From the NCBI GenBank assembly GCA_034520565.1, contig JAXHNL010000002.1, positions 480,001-544,000 of the forward strand: DNA of 64,000 nt. The letters are read 5' to 3'. Each line of letters opens with the position of its first letter. Position 1 is the first letter of the stretch. The notes under the pieces were generated by a model. It was not told where the DNA came from. It saw nothing but the letters and a program-made list of their open reading frames with translations, and did not search any database. Shown piece after piece: positions 32,397 to 41,093 of the stretch. The position numbers and the translations under genes were made by a program. The DNA comes from Halodesulfurarchaeum sp. GTDB lineage: Archaea > Halobacteriota > Halobacteria > Halobacteriales > Halobacteriaceae.

Positions 32397-32580
32397 TCGG
32401 TCGAGGAGGGGCCAGTCACGGGCCGGTGTGTGGGGCGAACAGGTGACACTCGTCCGGCCCGGAACGGTGTGTCACGCTTCCGCCTCGTTCGTTCCGGGTT
32501 GGTGATCGAGGGATGGGCGACGCTGGTCCGGGCTTCTGATTTAAAATTCCGTGCCGGAGTCGTCCTCGAAGTGGTGCCGG

Positions 32581-33072
32581 TTACCCGTCGAAGTCCAGAT
32601 CGGGAGTGGCGGCAGCGACGACTGCGAGATCCCGGCGCGTACTGTCCCGGTCGTAGGCCGACACGTTCCCCGGTTGCCAGGGCGGAACGGCCACCACGAC
32701 GGTCGCGTGCAGGTCGTCGCGGACGGTGAGTTCGGGGTTCCCGTCCGGATGGGAGAGAAAGCGGCCCTGGGACTGGCCGGCCGGGGTGCCGAGATCGACC
32801 CCGAAGACGAAGTCGAGTGCGTTACCCACGTCCGGAAAGTAGAAATCGGAGAATACGGGGGTCTCGGGTTCGAGATCGTCCAGGGCGCGGTGAATTGGCC
32901 CGTCGGGTGGCCCGATTTCCGATGTATCGGTTTCCACCCCCGAGAAGGGTTCGAGGTCGCCCGCCGCACTCGTCACCAGATAGACGTTCGCCGGGTTGGG
33001 CTCGGCGTCGGCTGCGATCTCCAGCAACACGGACAGAAGGGGCCGCGTAATGTAGAGCGGCTGGGGTGACAC
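32581..33072 (-). CDS. Hypothetical protein, degenerate JAB/MPN-like
   Basis: ITRPLLSVLLEIAADAEPN and FLSHPDGNPELTVRDDL resemble MPN motifs. Confidence 0.6.
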   Translation of the reverse strand: MSPQPLYITRPLLSVLLEIAADAEPNPANVYLVTSAAGDLEPFSGVETDTSEIGPPDGPIHRALDDLEPETPVFSDFYFPDVGNALDFVFGVDLGTPAGQSQGRFLSHPDGNPELTVRDDLHATVVVAVPPWQPGNVSAYDRDSTRRDLAVVAAATPDLDFDG

Positions 33073-33193
33073 AACCGGTTTTCGGGAGGCGACCGGATAA
33101 ATCGGTGGATCTCAGTTGGATCGGGGGTGACACTGCACCCGGCCGGACACGGTTAGACATTTACCGCTCGACCGGCCACCTACAGGTAACACG

Positions 33194-34582
33194 ATGGTAC
33201 TCGAGGATCTGGGGAGTTCGCTACGATCGACGCTCGAGGACCTCCGGGGCAAATCCCGCATCAGCGAGGAGGACGTCGCGGAGGTCGTCACGGAGATCCA
33301 GCGATCGCTCCTCCAAGCCGACGTGGACACCGGACTCGTGATGGACCTCTCGGATGCCATCCGCGAGCGGGCCCTCGACGAGGAGCCCCCGGCCGGGACC
33401 ACGGCCCGCGATCACGTCCTTCGGATCGTCTACGAGGAGCTGGTCGAACTTGTCGGCGAGTCGACGGACATTCCGCTGGAATCCCAGACGATCCTCCTCG
33501 CCGGTCTACAGGGCTCGGGGAAGACGACGACCGCGGCCAAAATGGCGTGGTGGTTCTCGAAAAAGGGCCTTCGCCCAGCGGTCATCCAGACTGACACCTT
33601 CCGCCCAGGAGCCTACGAACAGGGAAAAGAGATGGCCGAACGCGCCGAGGTGGAGTTCTACGGCGACCCTGACGCCAAGGACCCGGTCGAAATCGCGAGG
33701 GCGGGGCTCGAAGCGACCGAAGACGCCGACGTCCACATCGTCGACACCGCCGGTCGCCACGCACTCGAGGAGGGGTTGATCGACGAAATCGAGGGCATTG
33801 CAGCCGCCGTCGAGCCGGACCGCAACCTGCTCGTCCTCGATGCTGCCATCGGCCAGGGCGCAAAGGAACAAGCCACCCGGTTCGACGATGCCATCGGCAT
33901 CGACGGCGTCGCCATCGCCAAGCTCGACGGCACGGCCAAGGGAGGCGGGGCATTGACGGCGGTCAACGAGACCGACTCGACGATCGCCTTCCTCGGGACC
34001 GGCGAGACCGTCAAGGACATCGAGCGCTTCGAGCCCTCGGGCTTCATCTCCCGTCTTCTCGGCATGGGCGACCTCAAGCAGCTCACCGAGCGGGTCGAGC
34101 GGGCGATGGAGGAGACCGAGGCCGAGGAGGGTGACTGGAGCCCCGAGGACATGCTCGAAGGGGACTTCACCCTCAAGGATATGCGCCATCAAATGAAGGC
34201 CCTCGACCGAATGGGGCCGCTCTCCCAGGTCCTCGACATGGTGCCGGGACTGGGCGGCGGAATGATGGACCAACTCCCGGACGAGGCCATGGACATGACC
34301 CAGGAGCGGATGCGGACCTTCGAGATCGTCATGGACTCGATGACCGAGGACGAACTCGAGAATCCCCGCTCGATCGGCGCGAGTCGGATGAAGCGGATCG
34401 CCGCGGGGAGCGGCACCCAGGTCGACGACGTGCGGGAACTCCTCGAACAGTACCGGATGATGGCCCGAGCCCTGAAGCAGTTCCAGGGCATGGGCGATGC
34501 CGACATGGAGCGGATGATGAAGCAGATGCAGCAGGGCGGCGGCCCGGGCGGCGACCTCGGCGGCATGGGCCCGATGGGATAG
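33194..34582 (+). CDS. srp54: Signal recognition particle protein Srp54
   Basis: [24 protein letters not shown], Met-rich M domain. Confidence 0.97.
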   Translation: MVLEDLGSSLRSTLEDLRGKSRISEEDVAEVVTEIQRSLLQADVDTGLVMDLSDAIRERALDEEPPAGTTARDHVLRIVYEELVELVGESTDIPLESQTILLAGLQGSGKTTTAAKMAWWFSKKGLRPAVIQTDTFRPGAYEQGKEMAERAEVEFYGDPDAKDPVEIARAGLEATEDADVHIVDTAGRHALEEGLIDEIEGIAAAVEPDRNLLVLDAAIGQGAKEQATRFDDAIGIDGVAIAKLDGTAKGGGALTAVNETDSTIAFLGTGETVKDIERFEPSGFISRLLGMGDLKQLTERVERAMEETEAEEGDWSPEDMLEGDFTLKDMRHQMKALDRMGPLSQVLDMVPGLGGGMMDQLPDEAMDMTQERMRTFEIVMDSMTEDELENPRSIGASRMKRIAAGSGTQVDDVRELLEQYRMMARALKQFQGMGDADMERMMKQMQQGGGPGGDLGGMGPMG

Positions 34583-34642
34583 GACCGTTCGGAAGCCGGC
34601 GCGGACGGACCCTTTTTGAGCACTCCGGTCGACGTACCCACG

Positions 34643-35215
34643 ATGACAGTCGCCTCGCTGGCACGACGTGCGTACCGCGAGGCGATCGGACCGCTGCTGG
34701 TCAGTGCCGTCGGGGGGCTCTTCGCTGGCCTCGTCCTTGCGGGGATGGAACCAGATCTCGAGCGGATCCGGGGCCTGCTCGTGCTCGTACCGGCCCTGCT
34801 GGCCACCAGGGGGAACGTTTTCGGCGCCTACGCCGCCAGGATCGCCTCGGGCCTCCACAAAGGGCTCGTGGAGCCCGAATTTCACATGGACGACCGGCGT
34901 CTCCGGGCGGCCACCGCCGCGGCCACGTCGAACAACCTGCTCGCCAGCGGCTTCGCCGCCGTCCTCACCGTCGTGGCCCTGATTGCGTTCGGGCAACCCG
35001 CGGCCCCACTCTGGATGCTGCTGGCAATCGCCCTAATCGCGGCCTTCCTTTCGGGGGTCGCCCTCGCGATCGTCGTCATCGGGGCCATGTTCATGGGCTA
35101 CCGCCGCGGGATCGACCCGGACACGCTCGTCGGCCCCCTCGTCACGACAACGGGGGACGTCATCGGCATCGCCTTCCTCCTGCTCGCGGTCAGGATCGTC
35201 GCGGGGGGGATCTGA
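34643..35215 (+). CDS. MgtE-like magnesium transporter membrane subunit
   Basis: LLATRGNVFG, GIDPD...PLVTTTGD. Confidence 0.85.
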   Translation: MTVASLARRAYREAIGPLLVSAVGGLFAGLVLAGMEPDLERIRGLLVLVPALLATRGNVFGAYAARIASGLHKGLVEPEFHMDDRRLRAATAAATSNNLLASGFAAVLTVVALIAFGQPAAPLWMLLAIALIAAFLSGVALAIVVIGAMFMGYRRGIDPDTLVGPLVTTTGDVIGIAFLLLAVRIVAGGI

Positions 35216-35785
35216 ATGCAGGGCGCCCCGAGCCAGTACTGGACCTTCCGCGCGATCTCCCGGGCCACGCTCCCCACCCTCCTGCTCCTCACAGCAGTCG
35301 CGGTGGGCTCGGGACTCCTGCTCGGCACCTTCGAGGGAGTACTCTACCGCTATCCCTCGCTTTTGATCCTCGTCCCGGTGACAATCGGCACCGCCGGGAA
35401 CCTTGGCAGCCTGCTCGCCTCGCGGCTCTCGACGGCCTTCCACCTCGGTACCCTCTCCTTCCGGCCCGGGGACGAGCAACTCGGCGGGCATGCCCTGGCC
35501 ACCGTGGCACTCGCGCTCACGCTCTTTCCGCTCGTCGGTGCAGGGGCGTGGGTTCTTGCGCTCGTGACGGGGCGGGTGGTCCTCCCGCTCTGGCGGGTCC
35601 TCGCGATTTCGACACTGAGCGGAGCGGGGCTGGCGGTCGTGGCCATCATCGCCACGGTCCTCACGACCTACGGCGCCTACCGGGCCGGCCTCGACCCAGA
35701 CGACGTCGTCATCCCGGTCGTGACGGTGACCGCCGACGTCTTCGGCGTGGTCATGCTCTTCGTGGCCGTCGCGCTGTTCACCTGA
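35216..35785 (+). CDS. MgtE-like magnesium transporter membrane subunit (second)
   Basis: GTAGNLGS, GLDPDDVVIPVVT..AD. Confidence 0.85.
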   Translation: MQGAPSQYWTFRAISRATLPTLLLLTAVAVGSGLLLGTFEGVLYRYPSLLILVPVTIGTAGNLGSLLASRLSTAFHLGTLSFRPGDEQLGGHALATVALALTLFPLVGAGAWVLALVTGRVVLPLWRVLAISTLSGAGLAVVAIIATVLTTYGAYRAGLDPDDVVIPVVTVTADVFGVVMLFVAVALFT

Positions 35786-35804
35786 AAACGGGGGCCAAAC
35801 CGGC

Positions 35805-36770
35805 TCACTCCGGGGGTTCGGGTGGGGCCCCGTCCTCGGTCGCGGGCGCGAAAGCGTCGATGAATTCCTCGACGTCGGGCTCGTGAACGGTCACCGCGAC
35901 TTCGATGGCCCCCAGCTCGTCGGGGGTCCCCACGGAGAAGTTGATTACGTCCTCCAGTGCCGCCTGCTTTTTCAGTTCGAACGAGAAGCCCCGGGGCCCG
36001 GCCCGCTCGAAGAAGACGTCCCGGGCGGTGTCGAGGATCCGCTGCTCGAAGAGCCGCTGCCGGAAGTGCCCGAGGTCGTGAGTCGTGGCCACCACTCGAT
36101 CGTCTCGGGTTTCGACCTCGCTCTCGGGGAAGAGGGTCGTAATCGCCTCGAGGACCCGCTTGGCTACCTCGGTCTCCTTCACCGGCGCTTCGACCGTCGC
36201 CTCGATCCGGCGAACGGGACCCTCGATCGTGTCTCCCAGGAGGTCGCTCACCGCCTCGCGGTAGGCCGCAAGGGAGGACGCGTTCTCGATTTCCACGTCG
36301 GCGTCGGCCATCGCCTCGCGGAGTCCGAACCCGAGTTCGCGCTCGTCGCGGTCGGCGAGGGTCTCCCCACCCGCCTCGGCCCCGGAGTCACGATTGCGCA
36401 CCGCGAGCCGCTCGGCCCGCAGGTCGTCGGGCGCGGTGATCGCGACGAGCGTGAACTCCTTGCCGAAGGCGTCCTCGAAGCGCTCGACCTCGACCCCGGA
36501 GCGGATCCCGTCGATCACCACCGCGTCGGAATCGCTTCGGGCCTCCCGGATCGCTGGCAGGGCGCGGTCGGCGATGGCCGCGAGCCCCTCCTCCTCGCGG
36601 AGGGCCTGGGCCACCCGCCCGTGGTCGGCGGCGGGGTCGAGGCCGCGTTCTTCGGTCTCCTGGCGGACGATGTCCCCCATCGTGACGACGGGGAGGCCGA
36701 GTTCGCGGGCCACCGTCGCGGCTTCGCTCTTGCCGCTGCCGGGAAGGCCGACGATGCCGATGACAGTCAT
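35805..36770 (-). CDS. Fused UPF0200 P-loop kinase + UPF0201 RNA-binding-like protein
   Basis: GLPGSGKS, VIDGIRS, RDERELGFG, then a second domain with QRILDTAR and LKKQAA. Confidence 0.8.
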   Translation of the reverse strand: MTVIGIVGLPGSGKSEAATVARELGLPVVTMGDIVRQETEERGLDPAADHGRVAQALREEEGLAAIADRALPAIREARSDSDAVVIDGIRSGVEVERFEDAFGKEFTLVAITAPDDLRAERLAVRNRDSGAEAGGETLADRDERELGFGLREAMADADVEIENASSLAAYREAVSDLLGDTIEGPVRRIEATVEAPVKETEVAKRVLEAITTLFPESEVETRDDRVVATTHDLGHFRQRLFEQRILDTARDVFFERAGPRGFSFELKKQAALEDVINFSVGTPDELGAIEVAVTVHEPDVEEFIDAFAPATEDGAPPEPPE

Positions 36771-36871
36771 TGGGTGGCCCTATCGGCCGTGCGGTCTTTT
36801 CGGTTCCGTTCTCGGGTCGCCTCGGCGTCGGGTGTAACACATAAGACGGCGGGAGCCAAATTCCCGGCCGA

Positions 36872-36976
36872 GGGCACGTAGCTCAGTCCGGACAGAGCGT
36901 CGGACTTCTATCCCGCACAGTGTTGCTGTGGGGGGAAGACATCCGACGGTCGCGGGTTCGAATCCCGTCGTGCCCG
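36872..36976 (+). tRNA. tRNA-Arg(UCU) with a 30-nt intron at 37/38 (36911-36940)
   Basis: Acceptor GGGCACG/CGTGCCC, D-arm GCTC/GAGC, anticodon stem TCGGA/TCCGA with TCT, T-arm GGTTCGAATCC; BHB motif (CTTC/GAAG central helix, TAT and ACA bulges). Confidence 0.96.
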
Positions 36977-37494
36977 TGAGTTTCCTTTCGGTTTCCGACC
37001 CGTACAGAGAACGGACGGAGAGACGCCCAAACAACCGGATTTGGGCAGTTCTCAAGAATCACTAAGCCCCCTCGATCTGGAGTTCGTTCAGCAACTTTGT
37101 GGCCCCCTTCGCCCTCACTCGGTTTTCAGATTCGTCGAAAGGGCAAACCTCGGTCTTCATTCTGCCACACTCGGCCAGCCACCCACCCACCTCGCCCGGA
37201 CCAAAGCGGGGCCCACCTGGCCCCCGACGGTCCGCGGCGTTGTTCCTCGAGCTTTCACAGCCGACGAAAGCGAGGGAGAGGGAGATCGCGCACGCCCGGC
37301 AGCGCAGCGACCGTTGGGAGCGAGCAGCCCGGAACGGTCCGCGGGCGCCAACCGCGGACCGCACGGGATCGACCGGCCGGAAGCGGGCCCCCTCCCACGG
37401 GGGCCCGACCCGGAAGCCCGAGCGCATCCCCCGAGCCCGAAGGGCGAGGGGGTTCCCGTCTGGCTGTGCGGTTTGCGGTGCGGTGGTGGTCGGT

Positions 37495-38844
37495 ATGCGT
37501 GAAGCAAACCGATCAGTCGAATCAGCCTCCGCATCGGAAAGCGCAAAACTAGATCAGTTCGCCTCTCGGCCTACCAAGACTAACTGTACAACCCCAGAAT
37601 CACGCTCTCTCCCGGCCGGTGAGAGCAGTTGGGAAGGATACTGGTGGAAACAGAAAAACGCACTCGTCGATCAGTTCGTCGAGGAGTATCCCAATCGGGC
37701 AGCCCGGCCAATTTCGGTTAGGGGCGGAGAACTTCTCCGCGAGGAGTGCACGCTCTCTCGACCGGAGGGAGAAGGACCCGTCTCAAAGTCGTGGTCGTCC
37801 GTTATGAACGAATACCTCAAGTGGTACAACGGATATCGAGATTCCCATCTGGTTTTTCGAGACCCCGACGGAAACCGAGTTCGTACCCAAATGGAAAACG
37901 CGCACATGCCCGAGTACGGCGACAAGTATTATGCCAAGTTGAAAGCCCTAGAGCGGCAGATCGCCTCCGAATACGATGATCTTCACATCGCGATGCTCAC
38001 CTTCACTGGCTCGACGAAGAACGGAAACGGCGGCTGGCGGGCTGTGTCAGACCACCTCCGGGACGTGATCGACAGTTGGCGGCCAGATCGCGGTCGAGGC
38101 GTCTATCACGCCCTTCGCGATTCACTCGAATGCCAAGAATGGGAATACGCCCTTGTCGTCGAGAAACACCAGAGTGGCTACGGGCACGTGCATTGTGCCG
38201 TGTTCGTCGACGGGGAGGTCGATGAGTCGGATTTTCATCCCGCTATTGATGCCCACCTTCGAACCTGCAACATCGCCCATCGGGATGCTCACAACTACTT
38301 TGCAGAGGATGAAACAACACGGCCCATTTCGGTGAGTAGTGTCGATACGGATCTCGATCCAAACCGGGGCGACGTGGACAAGATCACGAACGTTGGCACC
38401 TATATCGGCGAGTACATCGGCTCATACGGAGAACCATTGTTTGATCGGAGCATCGAAGAGCTAGCGTTTCGGGCAGCAGTATGGGCGACTGGGACCCAGC
38501 TCGTTCGGTTCAGTACGGGTGCAAATGAACTCATTCGGGAAGAACTTGACCGGGAACAAACCGAGTTAAAAGTGCCCGAGCTGGTCCAAAAACCTGAGTT
38601 CGATCCAGAAGCCGAAGATCCAGGAGAGACGGTTGAAGGTTCGCCTTTTGACGTGGTGAATAAAGGATGGTCACTCGAAGGCGTTGGAAGAGTGGATTCA
38701 GAGGGGGAGACAATATACGACGTTCAAAATAGTGGAGTGCAGTTTGTCGAAATAGCGGATTCTTCTCATCTAGATCCAATTAATTCTCAACCCCCGGATA
38801 GGCCACAACCGAGGGCTAAAGTTAGAGATTTAGAGAGCTTCTAA
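37495..38844 (+). CDS. rep: Rolling-circle replication initiator (HUH endonuclease, haloarchaeal plasmid/pleolipovirus type); start uncertain
   Basis: Motif I MLTFTG, motif II HQSGYGHVHCAVF, motif III YIGEYIG. Confidence 0.85.
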   Translation: MREANRSVESASASESAKLDQFASRPTKTNCTTPESRSLPAGESSWEGYWWKQKNALVDQFVEEYPNRAARPISVRGGELLREECTLSRPEGEGPVSKSWSSVMNEYLKWYNGYRDSHLVFRDPDGNRVRTQMENAHMPEYGDKYYAKLKALERQIASEYDDLHIAMLTFTGSTKNGNGGWRAVSDHLRDVIDSWRPDRGRGVYHALRDSLECQEWEYALVVEKHQSGYGHVHCAVFVDGEVDESDFHPAIDAHLRTCNIAHRDAHNYFAEDETTRPISVSSVDTDLDPNRGDVDKITNVGTYIGEYIGSYGEPLFDRSIEELAFRAAVWATGTQLVRFSTGANELIREELDREQTELKVPELVQKPEFDPEAEDPGETVEGSPFDVVNKGWSLEGVGRVDSEGETIYDVQNSGVQFVEIADSSHLDPINSQPPDRPQPRAKVRDLESF

Positions 38845-39088
38845 CCAACCAGAATTTGTGAGATGTGTCGGATTATTAATTGCTAATTTTCAATAGTCGT
38901 CAAACTTGCAATGATTTATTTTCTTCATAGGGGTTTGGTTAAATTATTAAAATTCAACGAGACTACTACAGAGCATCAGATGCCATTATGAGATTTATTT
39001 TTCTACATGACAAGGCGATATAAACGTATCAATTTTTCCGGGAAAACCCTATTTAATTGTCCTAATAGAGTGTAGACAGGGTAAGAAG

Positions 39089-39439
39089 ATGAGTGTGCCA
39101 AAGAGGAAGACAAAAAAATCCAATTCTATTTTTAAAGAGAGTGTAGAAAAGGAACACGAATGGTTGGAAAGTTTGGGAGTGGAAGAACTATCAGACATTC
39201 TTCAGAGCCATGCGGGTGAGCTCTCCCTTCGGTTTGCATCTGAACTGAATGGTTACTATGTTGTGGCAAATGAGGATAACGAAGGTTTGCAAGTGATTTA
39301 TTCCGGTTTAAGTGGGCCGGAACACAAACCAGTGAAATTGTCGAAAGCTAATTTGCGGAGACTTCAATCAAAATCAGAGTTGATCAGATTCGTCCCATAT
39401 GAAGAGTCTCCATTTGATTCATTTGTAATTAAAAAATAA
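39089..39439 (+). CDS. Hypothetical protein (116 aa)
   Basis: Clean ORF in AT-rich DNA with a TTTAATT TATA-like box upstream. Confidence 0.65.
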   Translation: MSVPKRKTKKSNSIFKESVEKEHEWLESLGVEELSDILQSHAGELSLRFASELNGYYVVANEDNEGLQVIYSGLSGPEHKPVKLSKANLRRLQSKSELIRFVPYEESPFDSFVIKK

Positions 39440-39470
39440 TTGGCGCGCTATACCTCTTTAGGAGGGAGTT

Positions 39471-39832
39471 CTACCAGAATTCCCAAGTGGGTTGGCTAAT
39501 TGCGAGGGTCCGGTCAGCCAGGGTTTCCTCGATGAGACTGCGAATCTCACTTGTGGAAAGAGACTTGGCCTTCTTTTCCAAGTGCGGAGCGTGATGCCGC
39601 ACTATTCGAATAAGGTTCTCTCGAGAACCTCCCATAACCTCCAATTCGCCGTTAATCACCACAGAGGGAATTCGGTTAGGAACTTTTTCCCCCTGGATTC
39701 TCCCATTGGAAGTCATCTCTTTCGCATTTTGACGGACGTGTCCATCGCTGTAACCGGTTCCATCTGCGATATCGGCCACGCGCGAGCGTCCGTTTTTGAA
39801 AGGTGGGCTTGAATAGCATCTTTGACGGTCAT
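39471..39832 (-). CDS. Winged-helix protein (homopolymer frameshift at ~39793-39797)
   Basis: Adding one A gives MTVKDAIQAHLSKNGRSRVADIADGTGYSDGHVRQNAKEMTSNGRI...PTWEFW; ATG overlaps the upstream stop. Confidence 0.6.
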
Positions 39833-40032
39833 TTGTTATCACCTCCATTGACGACCGTTTCTCTGCTCACAGCAGCAAGTTTCAAGTATTGGACCTCCGA
39901 AGGGAGATTTGTATCCCCAATAGATCCCATTGCCGTTGAGGCAGAGAGGCAAAACTGCAAGCCTTTCTCCTGGACCGAGAATGGCTGAGGCCGATGCGGT
40001 CGTGAGTGGTGATTTTCATCGCGTGTTATCAC
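39829..40032 (-). CDS. Short hypothetical ORF coupled to the wHTH gene
   Basis: ATGA overlap at 39829-39832; otherwise unsupported. Confidence 0.3.
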   Translation of the reverse strand: MITRDENHHSRPHRPQPFSVQEKGLQFCLSASTAMGSIGDTNLPSEVQYLKLAAVSRETVVNGGDNK

Positions 40033-40163
40033 CTAGCGCCTAGTAAATGGTGCCCCCACTTAAGGGTTCCCCGTGGTAACGTTACTGTGTGAATGTATGA
40101 TACAGTGAATTAGTAATTATACTATAGAAAAAGATATCCGCATTTGGTGCTATACTTTTAGTT

Positions 40164-40931
40164 ATGCCTTACCAAGTGCCCGACCGCGTTCACCTAATGC
40201 CGGTGGGGTTCGAGGAAGACAGAATATTCAAAGTTGCAGAAGATCTGAAGGCTGATAAAGTCGTATTAATAGCAAATAGGGGTGATTCGGATGACGCTCG
40301 CAAACACCTAGAGAAGGCAAAGCAAAAATTGATCGATATGGGTTATGATCCATTGGTAAAAGAGTGTGATATCTTTGATTTATATGAATCATTGGGCCTT
40401 ATTGCGAATATAATTGCCCAGTTTTCTGATGATGAAGTATACGTAAATGTCTCAACGGGTAGTAAGGTAACCGCGATTGCAGGGATGATTGCAGCTATGA
40501 TGACCGGAGCAAATGCCTACTATGCACGAGCTAAAGAATATAGATCGGATGACGTACCCCGTGGAATAGATACCATTTTCCAGCTGCCAAATTATCCTAT
40601 TGAATCCCCTGAGAAAAAGCATGTGTTAGTCCTAAAATACTTAGAAAAAAATGGAGAAATAGATGTTACTAAAAGTGATCTGATTGACTTTGCGGAAAAT
40701 AGTGGCCTCAAGTTCATTTCAGATAAAGATGTGAGTAGAAAGGCGAAGTACCGGCTCTTAGACAACCATATCATTTCCCCACTACTTAATCGGGGGTATA
40801 TTCGGATAGAGGAAAAGGGACGTAACCGACTAGTTAGTATTTCAAATGACGGGAGGGATTTTGTAGAGGCCTTTGGTTTCATGTCAAAAACATACGAGGA
40901 AAATGAGAAGAGCGCTATAACTGCTAGATAG
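40164..40931 (+). CDS. DUF6293/HFX_2341-family CARF-like + wHTH regulator
   Basis: VHLMPVGFEEDRI, VYVNVSTGSKV, C-terminal AKYRLLDNHIISPLLNRGYI..EKGRN wHTH. Confidence 0.8.
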   Translation: MPYQVPDRVHLMPVGFEEDRIFKVAEDLKADKVVLIANRGDSDDARKHLEKAKQKLIDMGYDPLVKECDIFDLYESLGLIANIIAQFSDDEVYVNVSTGSKVTAIAGMIAAMMTGANAYYARAKEYRSDDVPRGIDTIFQLPNYPIESPEKKHVLVLKYLEKNGEIDVTKSDLIDFAENSGLKFISDKDVSRKAKYRLLDNHIISPLLNRGYIRIEEKGRNRLVSISNDGRDFVEAFGFMSKTYEENEKSAITAR

Positions 40932-41093
40932 ATGAAAAGCGCATTATGGGATGGTTTTGAGTTTTTCTGAGAACCCTACTCCAAAAGGTTATTGTTCAAT
41001 ATTATGTAAAAGAATTTGATTTGGGTAAATGAAGTATGATCTGATGGGAGGCTGGACCGTTCGACCATTAACATTATGCAGTTTGGTTAGGAC

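Noticed and set aside
37099-37494. 132-aa N-terminal extension of the Rep ORF
   Set aside because: Arg/Pro-rich translation of a GC hairpin region; more likely origin sequence than coding.
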